The notes under the pieces are model-generated. The model was not told where the DNA came from, made no database searches, and saw only the letters and a program-made list of their open reading frames with translations. Below, piece after piece: positions 26,198-39,294 of a DNA stretch of 64,000 nt (the stretch's first letter is position 1; every line of letters starts with the position of its first letter). Position numbers and translations under genes: made by a program. Origin of the DNA: Octopus sinensis (lineage: Eukaryota); NCBI RefSeq assembly GCF_006345805.1, contig NC_043010.1, positions 64,542,001 through 64,606,000 on the forward strand, given 5' to 3'.

Positions 26198-28530
26198 CAT
26201 CATCATCATCATCATCATCATTATTATTATGAACAGGGGCCATCCCTTGACCCTAGGGTCACAGCAGGTCCTCATCTCATAGAGAGTACACGGCGTAAAA
26301 TGTTCTTAATGCTTGTTCTTGGACAACACAGATTAGAGCCTCCGTTTCCACTTTTAAATCAGTTTTAATCATCCATCTTTTTTTCTCTTTCTGTCTTATC
26401 TTCAACATCCCATTGAAATTGTTCATACCTTCTTTTCTTTATCCATCTATTTTCAGTTTCATTCATTCTCAAGTGCTTGCACAGTGCTTTATCTTCCATC
26501 CTACACAAGCCTGATCTTTTTACTTCCAAGAATAGCGGTTCTGTGGCATTTTTTACATATCATGTTGCTTTCTTCTGCTCTAATGCTGTGTTCGCATCCA
26601 ATCAGTTCTTTCCCCCCTCTTATTCTTGGTGCATAAAGACTATCTCTGTCCCTTTTTGGGTGGAGTATCCCATATCTAGTTAGCAACTTTCTTGTCGTTT
26701 TGTCTATACTGTTTAGTTCGTCTACAGCCGATACGATTACTCCTGCTCCATATCTAAGGAGTGAAACCGCCCAGGTGTTGATAGCATCAATCTTATTCCG
26801 TAAGTTTCATTTTGATTTAAGGATTAGTCTCAGTCTGCGCAAGTACACCACCTTAAATTTTTCTGTCATTTCTTTCTCCATTAATTTATCCATTTCCAAT
26901 ATCCCCAAGTACTTATAGCCCGTCTCTTCTATCTGTTACATAAGCTCCCCCAACGGTATCGCTAGCCCATCCGTACACTTAATTTTGCTTCTCATCAAGA
27001 CAAACACACTACACCATTTCTGTCCGAACTCCATTCTGATACACTGACAGTATACACCGTATCAACAAGGGAACTGACTTAGGATTCAGCTTTATCATAA
27101 AGTTTGAGGTCATCCATGAATATGAAGGGGTTGACTCTTTGCTGGAGGCTCTTGAATAACGTACACAGCCTTTGCTTTCCTCGGAATCAGTGTTAGTGGT
27201 ATCATACACATTACAAAGATCAGTGGGGACAGGAAGTTCCCTTGGAAGATGCCTGATTTCTATTCCCCTACACTTCTATATGCTGTCAGTTCCGTTCTCC
27301 ACTTCACTATACTTTTTCCAAGCAATCGTTCAACATTCGATGCAATACCAAATAGGTTCATACATTCCATAATCCAAGAATGTGGGATCATATGGCATGC
27401 CTTACGATAATAGATATATGACATGAGTAAGTTAGTTTTCTTCCTCTTGCAGTCTCTAAGTAAAATTTTGTCTACCAGGAGTTGATCCTTGTTACCTCTG
27501 CACTTACGCTTGCAACCCTTCTGCTCATGTTGCAGGACTCCATTTTTTCCAGATGTTCGTACATTTACTCTATTCCAGTCAATAATTTCCACATATGGAG
27601 CAAGCAGGATATCAGCCTGTAATTGTCTACCGTTTTGCCTTTTACGATGTTTTTCAAGCACAACACAGTCCTACCCATTGCAACCACTCTGCTATTACAT
27701 GGTCGGCAATTAACAAGCTGTTAATTTGTGCAGCTATTCGTGTATGACATTCACTAAGCTTTTGATCAAGTAGCCTTGAATCCATCTGCACCTGGGGCCT
27801 TCCAGTTGCCCATGTTTTTGTTGATCTTCTTCACTTCCCTAACTGAAATGACTAGATCTGCCTGTTGTGGACACAGTACTGTTTGTTTCAGTTTGTGCAA
27901 CCATTTAGCATCCTTCTTGTGCTCCTTGTCTTTGCTCCAGATGTCGCTCCACAACCTTTGACTTTCAATGTTATATGGTATCATCTTTTCATCTGTACAC
28001 TCTCCATTTATTTCTTTGTAGAATCTCTTCTGATCTACACAGAAATAAGCTATTCTGCTGGTATTCCTTCGTTTTTCTTTGCACAACGAGACGCTGTTTC
28101 AGTGTCTCCATTACCAATTTCAAGCTCTTTCTTTCAATACCCATACTTTCTGTTCAGTGCCCTGTATTTCTCCTCGCTTTGAGGCTCCTCCTTTTCGTTT
28201 CGGTCTAACATGTACTTCGAGAGCATATCTAACCCCCGCCTGTATTCTTCTTTTCTACCATGGATCTTTTCTTTTGTTACTCCCAATATATTTCTTTTTC
28301 TTGACATCAACACCTTCATTTTCTGCTACAACAATACTTGATCAAATTATTTGTTTCTGTGATGTTCTTTGTTATGGTGTGTTTCAGAATTTCATTCACA
28401 TTTTTCGTTTCTTGATTCAATTTCCAATGTTCAGCCTTTTAAAGGTTGCAACTAATGTCGCTGTCGTTCTTCTGTGGCGTTGCCTTTATTCTGTTGTAGA
28501 TTGCCTTTTTTCCCATCAATCATGTAAACA
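26131..28530 (-). mobile_element. Second R4/Dong-clade element with (TAA/TGA)n tail; REL domain removed by an internal deletion
   Basis: [76 protein letters not shown] joined directly to ILRRVL; tail at 26131-26230. Confidence 0.88.
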
Positions 28531-28559
28531 ATAGTTTTATTGTCTTCTTCGAGACCATC

Positions 28560-29383
28560 TATATGTCTCTCATCGAGTAAGTGGTGCTCTTTTCCAGAAA
28601 ATGCATCATCACTGCTCTGCGCTGGTCCCCAAAACTGTGAACATCTCCTTGCCTGCTGAGAGTTGGACACGCGCCTTCTTTAGGGGTGGTGAGTTATCAT
28701 GCCTCCATTGCTTCGACTGGACTTTAGTATCAGGATCACTGTGATGGACCCATGTTTCATCCTGTGTGATAAGTCTGTTGAAAATATCCTCGTTTTCTTG
28801 GCACATTGCCAAAATTGTCTGGGAGTAATTGACTCGTTCCTGCTTCTGAAAAGGTGTGAGCATCCGGGGACTCCATCGAGCAGACAACCTCCGCATGTGC
28901 AAATTGCTGTGAATGATTTTGTCCGCGGACCCTATACTTATCTTCACTTCTTGAGCGAGTTACCGAATAGTTATGCGGCCATCCTCCAAAATGGCGGCTT
29001 CCACCTTATGATATCGTCATCAATGGCGGAATGCGGTCGTTCAGGAACAGGAGAAGTTTCCACCGATGTCCGACTACATTGGAACTGGTGATGCTAGAGC
29101 TTGACAACGTCGTATGATGGTGAATGGTCACCATAAACTTCTTTCATTTCATCGAAAGTCTCTTTTGGTGTAAGACCTTTCAAGTATAAGAACCTCATCA
29201 CTGAAAACTGCCTCCACTATGACACCTTGGTCCACTTCAGCAGCCGTAAAAGATAAAAGAATGCTAGTGGAACGGTGCAATTTACAATGTGACATGTAGA
29301 GACGAATGATTATACATGTATAAGTTCCGTTTCCTGCAGTAACGGGAAGGGAGTCAGAGAAAACAGTAAATGAACGCTCCTCG
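28560..29383 (-). mobile_element. Mariner (DD34D-type) transposon, 3'-truncated
   Basis: TA + CGAGGAGCGTTCA end at 29383; MRFLYLKGLTPKETFDEMKEVYGD (HTH); SARWSPRML, LITQDETWVHH, SAGKEMFTV. Confidence 0.88.
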
Positions 29384-29829
29384 TAACGTATATATAATGA
29401 TAACTAACATTATAACTAACTCCACAAATTATCTGGACATAGAATGAGATATTACCTAAGAAGCTGCATAGTCATCACAAATTTCAACAATAGAAAGCAA
29501 TAACAAGCAACATGGAAACGAACTACCAGATATTAGCATCAGACAGAGACATAACTACTAAATAAAACCAAGCTTTGAAATATTTTTTGATGTCTTGTTA
29601 TTTGCACTGCAAACACTCGATGTCCGTCTATTTGGCGTTGAACTGTTAGTGTAATGAATCGTTGTGACTTGACACTTGAACTTGCTAATCTTATTGTATA
29701 CATAAGTAAATATAGATTTGTAGCATATCTCAACCGAATAATCCACATAATTAATCTCATTAACATTCTTACTAATTATGCTAGTCTCAAACTCCCAATG
29801 GTAAACTGTAAACTGTAAATTAATAATCA

Positions 29830-29998
29830 TTCATAGAAATATTACATTTCTAAATATCTCAGAGAGATATAAGCAGTAGTGGTACGATGGAGTAGTTGTA
29901 TACTGTCAACTTAATGTGACAGTCCCATGAAGGGAATCATACCACTGCTATTTAGCCCTAGAAAGCAGCAGCGCTTCCTGTCGGCCTTGACACATTTC
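29830..29998 (-). repeat. Copy of the Tx1-like terminal repeat plus a flank shared with 53340-53410
   Basis: gtagttgtatactgtcaacttaat..gacag...accactgctatttagccctag..gcttc.tgtcggccttgacacatttc. Confidence 0.75.
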
Positions 29999-30713
29999 AG
30001 AAATTATAATTTGGAACGAAAATATCATCTTTATATCTATGACAGGCACTAAGCTGCCTAACTAGACTTAATGTTTTCTTTTTCTAAATCTCTAAGAAAG
30101 TACAAGTCGGCTAAAACAAGGTCAATAATTACTCCCATGGTAATGCCTCTATTCTGCCTAAGTACTTTACTATTAAACGAAACATTTCCATTATATGATA
30201 CTAATTTTATTAATCATTTGAAATTATCATTTTAATACATTTTACTTTGAATACATTTTACTTTGCATTTAACATAAACGTTCTCTATTCTTTATCGAAT
30301 GCAAAACTTCCATTATCTACCTAATGCTCAATAATAAACTAAGCCTGCTAGAACTGCTCTAAGTTCATTGCTATAAAAATCCCTCTCCTACATGTCTTAC
30401 TCTTTACTCCAGCTCTAAACCTCAAGCCAATCACTATCTACTGTATTTTATTACACAGACCTCATGATTTTATATAGTTTATATGATTATAATATCATAA
30501 CATTATTATGATCCCGGCAATAAACTTTCGGTCTGTATTTTCGCTGAAAAGCGTTCCCTTCATTTTTATTTTCACTAACAAATGTTTTGCTTTATGTCAT
30601 TTTTATTGCCAAGAAAGACATGAATATGATATTTTCATATTCTACTAGATTTCTAAGGTATCTCACTTGATGTTTTCTTAAAAATAAAAATTTTATTTTT
30701 ATTTATATTAAAG

Positions 30714-30800
30714 CCCAATGTGATATCACCAAAGGAGATTGCGTCGCAGATGATAAGAGGGAAGAATATTATTGTAAAAGGACTTGCTTCAGAAAACCTG
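30714..30800 (+). CDS. Host gene exon A: Cys-rich segment (xQCDITKGDCVADDKREEYYCKRTCFRKP)
   Basis: Poly-T tract + AAG acceptor, G|GTAAGT donor, 87 nt, phase 1-1, four Cys; joins exon B in frame. Confidence 0.75.
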
Positions 30801-31676
30801 GTAAGTTTAGTAGTATTAGTGTTATTTTATATCATTTAATAGAATAACATGATACAGTTCTTACTCTCATATTTTGCATGTTCCATCATTTTGTAATAGT
30901 TTTAGATTCCTTCAATAGAGTGCGGTTTCTTATTGCTTTGTGGGTGCTATTATATGCAATTATCTGTACGTGTACATGTTCACACATGTCTGAAATACTG
31001 ATTCCGTTCTGTAAATTACCATCACAGTAAAGAAGACAAAGAAGACCACGATGCGTATTCTATAAGAAGACAGAGAATGACTTAGAGCAAGAGAAAATAT
31101 GTATCAATTGATAACTATGATTAATCAATTTTAGGCAGAAGTCATTAGGAAAGTTTTATCAAAGGCTACATACTTTTGAGAAAATATATAACTAATAATA
31201 TGAATTTTAAATATGGAAAAAAAGAAAAATTTTAATATTTCAAAATGGATACCTTTTGTTATGGAAAAAAAACTAAACTAAAAAGCGGGTGATGTTAACA
31301 AATATACACCGAAATATCCACATAAATCAATGAACCTTCGTACTGGTTTAAAGGGATAAACAGCCCTTTGTTAAACATCTATTAATGTTATATCACCTGA
31401 AGAAATGAATCCATGGAGGTGATTTACCCGAGGTCCACGAATATTATGAACTACACTGTAATCGTGTCAGGAATACGGACGGCGGTCTTAGGAGGCATGT
31501 GATTTGTGGAAACGTGCTTATAAATTCCATCCACGCATTATTGCTATTGGTACTGTATTTATCCTATATTATATCGGTACAGCTCGATGCAACACCAAAA
31601 ACTGGTTTACTAGGCAACAATATAAGACAATGGAATAGGAGCTTGATACGCATATTCAGTATATGTATATTTATAT

Positions 31677-31745
<69 letters not shown>

Positions 31746-32019
31746 GATAGGTAGAATAAAACTTACTTGGAAAAGGATGCGTGACGTTCAATCATATGAT
31801 AATATAAATAATATGCATATATACATACGTATATGTAAATACTTACATCTATATATATATATACATATGTGGGCACAGGACGTCACAAAACGTAAACAAC
31901 AAAAAATACGAAATACGAATACAGGGAATATGAACTTTTTGCGAACAACAAAAGAAACAAATGGAAAACAAGACAAGCAACATAAAGAGCGACCCTTCAT
32001 CAGTTGTCGGCTGTCTGTG

Positions 32020-32093
<74 letters not shown>

Positions 32094-33105
32094 ACTGTAT
32101 ATATATATAATATATATATATATCGACAGATAGATAGCGTGAGAGAGAGAGAAACGGTCGACAACTGATGAAGGGTCGCTCTATGGTGTATCTCTTTTTT
32201 TCCATTTGTTTCATGTATATATTTATACCTGTTTATGAATATAAGTGTGTATTTTAGAGTATAAAATTTATAATGGACCTCAGTTTTGAACGTTGTGAAA
32301 GATCTATTCTCCGCGCAGTAAAAGTTGACAAAGGTGTTTTCTGCAATGTCAAGTTCTCAACAAAACTTTAAAAATATATACAGGTGTGTATTCTCTTCTA
32401 TGAATGTTATATCTTTAAATTATCCCAGTACTACTAGGTACCTCCCAGCGGCTTTTCAATGAGAAAATATACCAAATGGAAGGACTCACAAATATTTGCA
32501 AACTTCAATAATTCAAGAATATATGATAAAAATGAAAAACCTGAAAGTCTGCAATGGTTAAAGACACCCATTTTCTCATTGGTTGGCCTGCTAAAATCAT
32601 CCCCTATTGTTCTGAGAAAGAAACATACTGGATAAAGTGGAAACAAGATAGACATGGGTGTAAAATCTTTGATCATTGGTCCACGGAATGAATACTGAGT
32701 GATGGCTAAATAACAACAATGGCATTAAAAATGCGTCAATAGGTGTGAAGAAAATATATGCGTAAATAAACTTAAAAGCTGAGAATCTGTTGTTTTAATC
32801 ACTAATCATTTGTGTTGTATGTCTCACACCGAAATTATGCGATATATAATAAATTAATGTTCAGGGCAGACAATGGAGCAGCGTAGAAGCAAACTGTTTG
32901 CCAACCGATCCTAATATACGGATTAATTCATTTCTCATCACTGAAATTGCTAATGCTCTTTACAGTGTATAAATCATAACGCTATCTTAATCTATAACTT
33001 TTTATATAAATTAGATACTATCTAATATTAACGAATCAATATTATTTATTAAGAGAATTATTCAAAGAAATGTTTTAATAATGTTGATATATTATTTGTT
33101 TTCAG

Positions 33106-33258
33106 ACAGTTGTAAAGGTTATGGTGATGTTGACTTATTTGGGAAAGACCAGAAATACCAATGTAACTGTAAATACCTTAGTGACTGTCAGTTCCAAATC
33201 CTTAGTAAATGTGAAAATGGATGCTTACCTGGATATAAAGAGCCATATTGTCAAAAGA
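33106..33258 (+). CDS. Host gene exon B: EGF/laminin-EGF-like module (DSCKGYGDVDLFGKDQKYQCNCKYLSDCQFQILSKCENGCLPGYKEPYCQK)
   Basis: ttttcag acceptor, A|GTAAGT donor, 153 nt, phase 1-1; C-x-C...C...GC..GY....C pattern of molluscan MEGF-like proteins. Confidence 0.9.
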
Positions 33259-34499
33259 GTAAGTAAAATGATTGTTAAAAATTTAAGTAAAATGATTGTT
33301 AAAAATTTAAGTAAAATATTAGCAGGATTGGTGGAGATTACATTCTGATATACACAATTTAAATTACAATTTCATTCAAAGTGAGTTGTCCGAACATACA
33401 GCTACGCATTTCTGATAATAAGTACAATTGTTTAAAGCGTGAGTTTCTTTCCCAACATTTAAATTCTGATTGACTAAGTTTAACCAAGACGCGCAATGAT
33501 ATTAAGGCATGAATATGTAAGAAATATATAAAAATTGGAACCCCTTTTAGACTTTATTAATATAAGACAGTTTGAGATATGCGGAAGAGCGTTACATAAA
33601 TAATCTTGTTTCCATAAAACAACAGTTTAAATCCTATAAAAGAAAAGATGTTACACTATTATTGTATACAGACAAATAACATTTAACACATTCTTGAAAT
33701 ACACACATGCACGCATCATCACATACACCCATATATACATAACACACACAAACACACATATACGCAATTTCCATCCCTATTTCCCGCTAGACTCCGATTC
33801 CGAAAATCCCCAAACATCATAAAACCACCCTACATCTCATCTATCCCTGGTTTCATTATACTATTGCTTTCCACCCTCTTTACTTTGTTCTATCACTTAT
33901 CTTCTCCTCCTCCTTCTCTTCACTCATCATCTCCTAATCCCTTCACCCCCCCCCCAAAAAAAAAAACTGATATTCAGCCTTGACGATGCTTGCACGTTTT
34001 CCACACTCACCGGATCCACCTCTGTCTCCATCACTAACCATTTGTCATTCTCTTTTCTCAGAGTTGCTAACTTACCATTATTTGCCTACACTTTCTGAAT
34101 TTCTGTCTCTATTCTTGCTTGTTCCTTGAGGATAACCCCTAATTTCTCCTCACCGTAATTTCTTCCTTCATCAGGGGTAGCAAAATATCTCTCCTACATC
34201 AAGACACTCGTTCCTGTCCGTTATCATACTTCAACCTTTGAGCATCTGACAGAAACCACATCCCTCAGTACTGTATCCGCACCCAAAACAGAACCCAATA
34301 CATTATGAATTGCTTGGTACAAAGCGGAACAGCCAATCATAGAATGCAAGTTAAAGCAGGTGCTGAAGTGCGATGCTGTTTTCAGTCTCGTTATATTCTG
34401 TCAAAACGTCAAAACGTGTGAGCGTAGAAGTTAAACGATGATAATAATGATAATGTTACACTCCCACACGCACATAAGGACCCATTTTGTTATTTATTC

Positions 34500-35050
34500 A
34501 TTTGACAATTATTTTTCTTCTATTGTATTGCCGAAAGGCGCTTGGCCATTTTAAATGTATAATTCTGTTTCTGTTGCACTTGCATTTTTTATAATGTTAC
34601 ATTCGTCCGATAGTAGAGAGACTCTCTCTGTTATTTATATTTTCGTATTGTAATGTACCATCATTTTCTCTTCTTTGTATGTGCATAAAGTTTGCTTTCT
34701 CTTCGTTTTCGTTCATGTTTTGTTGTTGTATACATTCGTTCGGTTTTCCTGGAGGCTTAATGCTTTTTCTTTAAGTCCCTGGCACCTTGTTGGATTCGAA
34801 TAGTCTCGGTATTAAAGCGGTGCGAAACTATAATGACCTTTAAGAAACCGACTGATGAGGAACTTTGCTGCGAATGGCCCGTCTATCTTGTTTCCGTCCT
34901 GTTTACATTTTTTATGTTATTGTCTATGGTATTCCTCATGTTATGTTATCGTCTATTTTTGGCATGTTGTGTTTTCTTCGATTCCACCTGTTATGTTCTT
35001 TTTGTTCTGCCTTTGATTTATATATAGTATTCCTCTTAACAGCTTTCACA
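34500..35050 (+). mobile_element. T-rich Penelope-like terminal element, same family as 56232-57181; boundaries approximate
   Basis: Shares gccgaaaggcg.ttg.cc, acattcgtccgatag, tacattcgtt..ttcc.g.aggcttaatg and gcgaaacta...ctgangag..gctgcgaatg with 56740-57181. Confidence 0.7.
34795..34876 (+). ncRNA. Candidate non-circularly permuted hammerhead-like RNA (GUC site at 34803-34805)
   Basis: ATAGT-C-TCGGT(34806-10)...GAAA(34824-27)CTAT...ACCGA(34847-51)-CTGATGA(34852-58); stems I and III 5/5 paired; stem II weak. Confidence 0.6.
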
Positions 35051-35387
35051 TAATGGACAGACAAGTTATTAGTTTGAAGTTGTCGACAGTGTTTTCCGTT
35101 GATGCTTCTTCCTGGCACAACATTATTTTGCCTCTGGTCAACGAACCTGGGAGTTCTGTGTGGTTTTCAATTAATGTGCTTAAACGTTCCGCTATCCTTT
35201 CGTTGCATTCTGTAAATTTCTTCATTCAATCAGATCTGTCAAACTTCTTTTGATGAAACTGCCAGTATCAAAGTATCAAATTTTGCTCAGAAAGTACCAA
35301 AATTTAAATTTGGAATATTTTGCCTATAAATCAACTGAAATGCACAATATACATTATTTATAATATACAGGCTTTATTTTAAAGTGA

Positions 35388-35761
35388 CCTCTTTTGCTCT
35401 TTTACTTGTTTCAGTCATTTGACTGCAGCCATGCTGGAGCACCGCCTTTAGTCGAGCCAATCGACCCCAGGACTTATTCTTTGTAAGCCCAGTACTTATT
35501 TTGCCGAACCGCTAAGTTACGGGGACCTAAATACACCAGCATCGGTTGTTGGGGGGACAAACACCGACATAGAAACACACACACACATACACACATATAT
35601 ATATACATATATACGACAGGCTTCTTTCAGTTTCCGTCTACCAACTCCACTCACGAGGCTATAGCAGAAGACAGTTGCCCAAGGTGCCACGCAGTGGGAC
35701 TGAACCCGGAACCATGTGGTTGGTAAGCAAGCTACTTACCACACAGCCACTCCGGCGCCTA
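35388..35761 (-). mobile_element. Full-length tRNA-derived octopod SINE
   Basis: On the - strand: A-box-like tggctgtgtgg, B-box-like ggttcagtcc, central (TG/TA)n, 3' ggcggtgctccagcatggc..cagtcaaatgactgaaac, A-rich tail. Confidence 0.9.
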
Positions 35762-35949
35762 CACATATTTAATGTGCTTTGCATCCCTGTTCAACTAATA
35801 CCCAGTTGAATTATAGGTGAATTAGATTTCAATAAAAATCTATAATGGGTCCCCTAGGGTAGGGCTCTAGCACATGCTTACTAATCAGCTATGATAAGCT
35901 ATGACACGCGACAACGCCAGCTACAATACGAAGACGATTTGTCAATGTA

Positions 35950-36370
35950 TTTGTAAATCTATCAATTTATATTATTTATTTTACTCAGATGCATATTCGT
36001 TTATTTAAAAATAATATAGGGACAGTTCTTACGCCCCGACTAATCGAATTAATTGTTTGTAATACTATTTTTAGCAATAAACTATTGCCATAGACAACGG
36101 TTTAGTCCTGAAGAACCGAATTGAACGGGAAACTGGAGAGGGCATGGATGTGTGATGGCAAACGAGAACTGGGAATAATCCCCGCTTTCCCGGCATTACC
36201 GGCCAACTTATTTATTTTACTCAGATACATATTCGTGTGTTAAAATAAGACACAGACATACTTTATTCACCCAGTAATCGTATTAATAGTTTTTGATATA
36301 GATTTTTAGCGATTAAACTATTACTATAAAAGTTAATAGAGTATTTAATGGCTTAATTGCACCTAACTGA
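35950..36370. repeat. Diverged tandem duplication, about 237-bp period
   Basis: ttattttactcagat.catattcgt...taatcg.attaat.gttt...tttttagc.at.aaactatt occurs twice. Confidence 0.6.
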
Positions 36371-36516
36371 TTCTAAAATATGTATATTGCCATAGGATTA
36401 GGAACGGGAATGGGAGTGAAACTAAAACGAGAACTGAACAGGGAAAGGGACAGAATATGAAGCAGTGTAATTGAAACGGGGATATGTAATGGGAATGGGA
36501 ATATGAAACAGTGAAA

Positions 36517-36870
36517 TGGCCATGCTGCAGCACCGTCTTTTAGTCAAAGAAATTGACACCAGGACTTAGTCTTTGTAAGCCTTGTACTTATTCTATCGGC
36601 CATTTTTTTCCTAACCGCCAAGCTACGTGGACGTAAATACACGATTGTTCAGCGATGGTGCAGGGACAAGCACAGACACAAACACACAAATATATACATG
36701 TATGTATATACGACAGGCTTCTTTCAGTTTCCGTCAACCAAATCCACTGACACGTCTTTGGTTGACTTGTGGCTATAGTAGAAGATATTTACCCAAGGTG
36801 CCACAGAGAGGAACGGAACCCGGAACAATGTGGTTGGAAAGCAAGCTTTTTTACCACATAGCCACACCAG
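36517..36870 (-). mobile_element. tRNA-derived SINE, diverged copy
   Basis: Same blocks as 35388-35761. Confidence 0.8.
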
Positions 36871-36899
36871 TGATTTATTGATTATTAATTGATGGGTTT

Positions 36900-38100
36900 A
36901 TATTCAATTGCGGCTTATGTTAATAAATTGCCTTTATTTAGTCTTCGTTATTGGTTGAAACAATCTGAGCACTTGTAGAGGGGAAAGACTTTGAAATCGG
37001 GTAATTCCATTCCTGCACAGGTTGCAATGTAACTCCTTGAATTAATTTTCTTCGTGATTTTGTCGCCGATCTATTGGTGATGAACCGTCATTCTGTTGCG
37101 TAACGATCCTCCCGTCTGACCTACGTAATTAAGCTAGCAACCAATGTAGATCAGGTTTTCTGTGTTGCAGGTGAGATTGGATTTAACTTTGAAGGTTTGG
37201 CCGTCTTTGTATTTAAATTCTGGCCCCTAAATAACGTAACGGTTAGTACCGTAGTTCATTCTCCTGCATTTGGTGACCGTTGGGTTGGGGGTTTCTTTGC
37301 GCGCTTTTCCTCCAGTGAGAATGAGTTTTAGTGTTTTGGGTTGCTTTTTGCTTTTGATGATTTGTTGTTTTTCTCAGATTTTTCTCATTTTTTCATCTGC
37401 AAATAAAATTGGGAGGTTTTTGTGGATGTGATCAAATATATCAAATATTCATTTGTGTTGTCTTGTTTATTCCGTTGGTGATTTTGCCACGAGGGAAGGC
37501 TCTTTGGATAAGTGTGTCATTCAATTCTTCTAGTTTTTGTTCATGATTCGATGGTTCTTATACCAAGGTACAACTTCATTTTGCCAGGTTGAAGGGAATG
37601 TTGACTTTGGTTTGTTTCGGGTGACATGATGTGAAAAGAAGGTATTGATTGGAGCCAATGGGTTTGTAGAATATGTCTGTTTCTATTTTCCCATATTTGT
37701 TTGAGAGTTGGATAACAAGAAAGGCGAGTTATTTGGGGTTAAATTCCATTGTGAATTGGATGTTATTGCTTACGCTGTTTTACATGTTTTAAAATTCAGT
37801 TAGATTGTCCATGTTTTCTACCATAAGATATAAGCAATCAATCATCCAATTATCAGAAATGATGAGAGCAGAAGAGGACCAGACTAGTTAAAATGTTACA
37901 ATGATGTTATGTGCAGCGAAATCAATTTTCGAAAAATGCCAGTCGTTTGCAACCGGATTTTTGGGGAATGATGACGTCATTTCTGAAATGCCGATGAAAT
38001 TATGTAGTATTTGTGGAAGTGTTGGAGGGACATATTCTAAGAGTCTTGGTGTAAGCCTTGTAGTGGGAGCCATTCTTCAATATTTTTGAAATTACATTTT
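36900..38100 (-). pseudogene. Penelope-like element remnant: RT C-half plus GIY-YIG endonuclease
   Basis: Manual - strand translation: IQFTME, IETDIFYKP..SNQYLLFTSCHP.QTKVNIPFNLA, LTCNTENLIY, YVGQTGGSLRNRMTVH (tacgtaggtcagacg near 37113-37128). Confidence 0.8.
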
Positions 38101-38494
38101 GCGAGATCTCGATTCTCGTGTTATTTTTGTTTATTAAGAAGCAATAGTACCTTATATGGAAACCATGTTGTTTCTATCTTGAATTGAAAGATGTTTAAAA
38201 CGAAGAGCTTCCACGGCAGACCAAATCAACTATGTTGCTGATGTGGACTTTGCAGGTGAAGATATTTTTGACAATCTCTCCTTTCTCTCTGACGTTACCA
38301 GATACTATGGCAATTTCTATCGACCAAAGAGAACATTAATTATTTCAGTACAATCTCTCTTCTAATTCGATGAATACAAATATTTCCTCATTTTGCAGAA
38401 CTGTTTATTGTTTCGCACTCTGAATTCATAAGTTTCATCGAGTCAAGTACAACATTGATAACATTCTGAATCTTAATCTTTTAGGAACCACTTT

Positions 38495-39075
38495 TAATAA
38501 TATAATATAATGAAATTATTGTATACAGTGCTCAGGTGCACCACAACTTGTCAGAAAGTGCATATAAAGTACATGCAGTAATGTAGAAATGTCTGGAAAG
38601 TGAACATGCTTGTGTGTGTATGGAGGGGAGAAAATCAAGTGTAGTGTTGGCGAATCTCAGGAAGCATGGAAGTTTTGAAGGATGCAGTGCTCCGACAACT
38701 AACAACCGATGCCGGCAGTTTGTTCCACGCTTCAGCAACTCTCAGCGTGAAAAAATGTTTCCTGAAGTCATGGGAGCAGTGCTGTTTTCTTACTTTGTAA
38801 ATATGTCCACGGGTGTTAGATGGGTGGAGTTTGAAGAGGTGCTCAGAGTTATTGTTTGTGCGATGGTTGATAATTTTATGGGTGTCTGCCAAGTCAGCTG
38901 CCAGACGTCGGAGTTTCAATGTGTCCATGCCCAGGGAAGTAAGGCGTTCAGGATATGGCAAATGCCTGATGGAGGGTATTCTTTTGGTTGCACGTCGCTG
39001 AACAGCTTCCAGACGATTGATGTCCTGGGCAAGATAGGGGTTCCAGACCGGTGATGCAAATTCCAGGTGAGGTCT
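38495..39075 (-). mobile_element. CR1-clade LINE 3' fragment
   Basis: PYPERLTSLGMDTLKLRR...TRGHIYKV...FFTLRVAEAWNKLP; 3' UTR and ATT-rich tail. Confidence 0.88.
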
Positions 39076-39294
39076 TTTGTTTTATTGTGCTGTGATATGC
39101 GACATTTGTAATATTGTTAATGTACATGATGTTGAGATTAGATGCAAATATACTTTACTAGAAAGCACTACTGATGAAATTATTTGGTATTGAATAGATA
39201 CAGCCGATTACTGCATGTTGAGTTCTGACTATTGAGAGGTACTTCATCCCGGAAGGTAGACGTTTGCATTTGAACCTGGGTATACTGTTTTTCT

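Noticed and set aside
33900-34330. Possible RTE-like fragment on the - strand containing CTGATGA
   Set aside because: Too decayed to assign; the CTGATGA has no ribozyme partners
36105-36140. CTGAAGA...GAAAC spacing resembling a hammerhead
   Set aside because: Stem II is only 2 bp, with no NUH or stem I complement; probably chance
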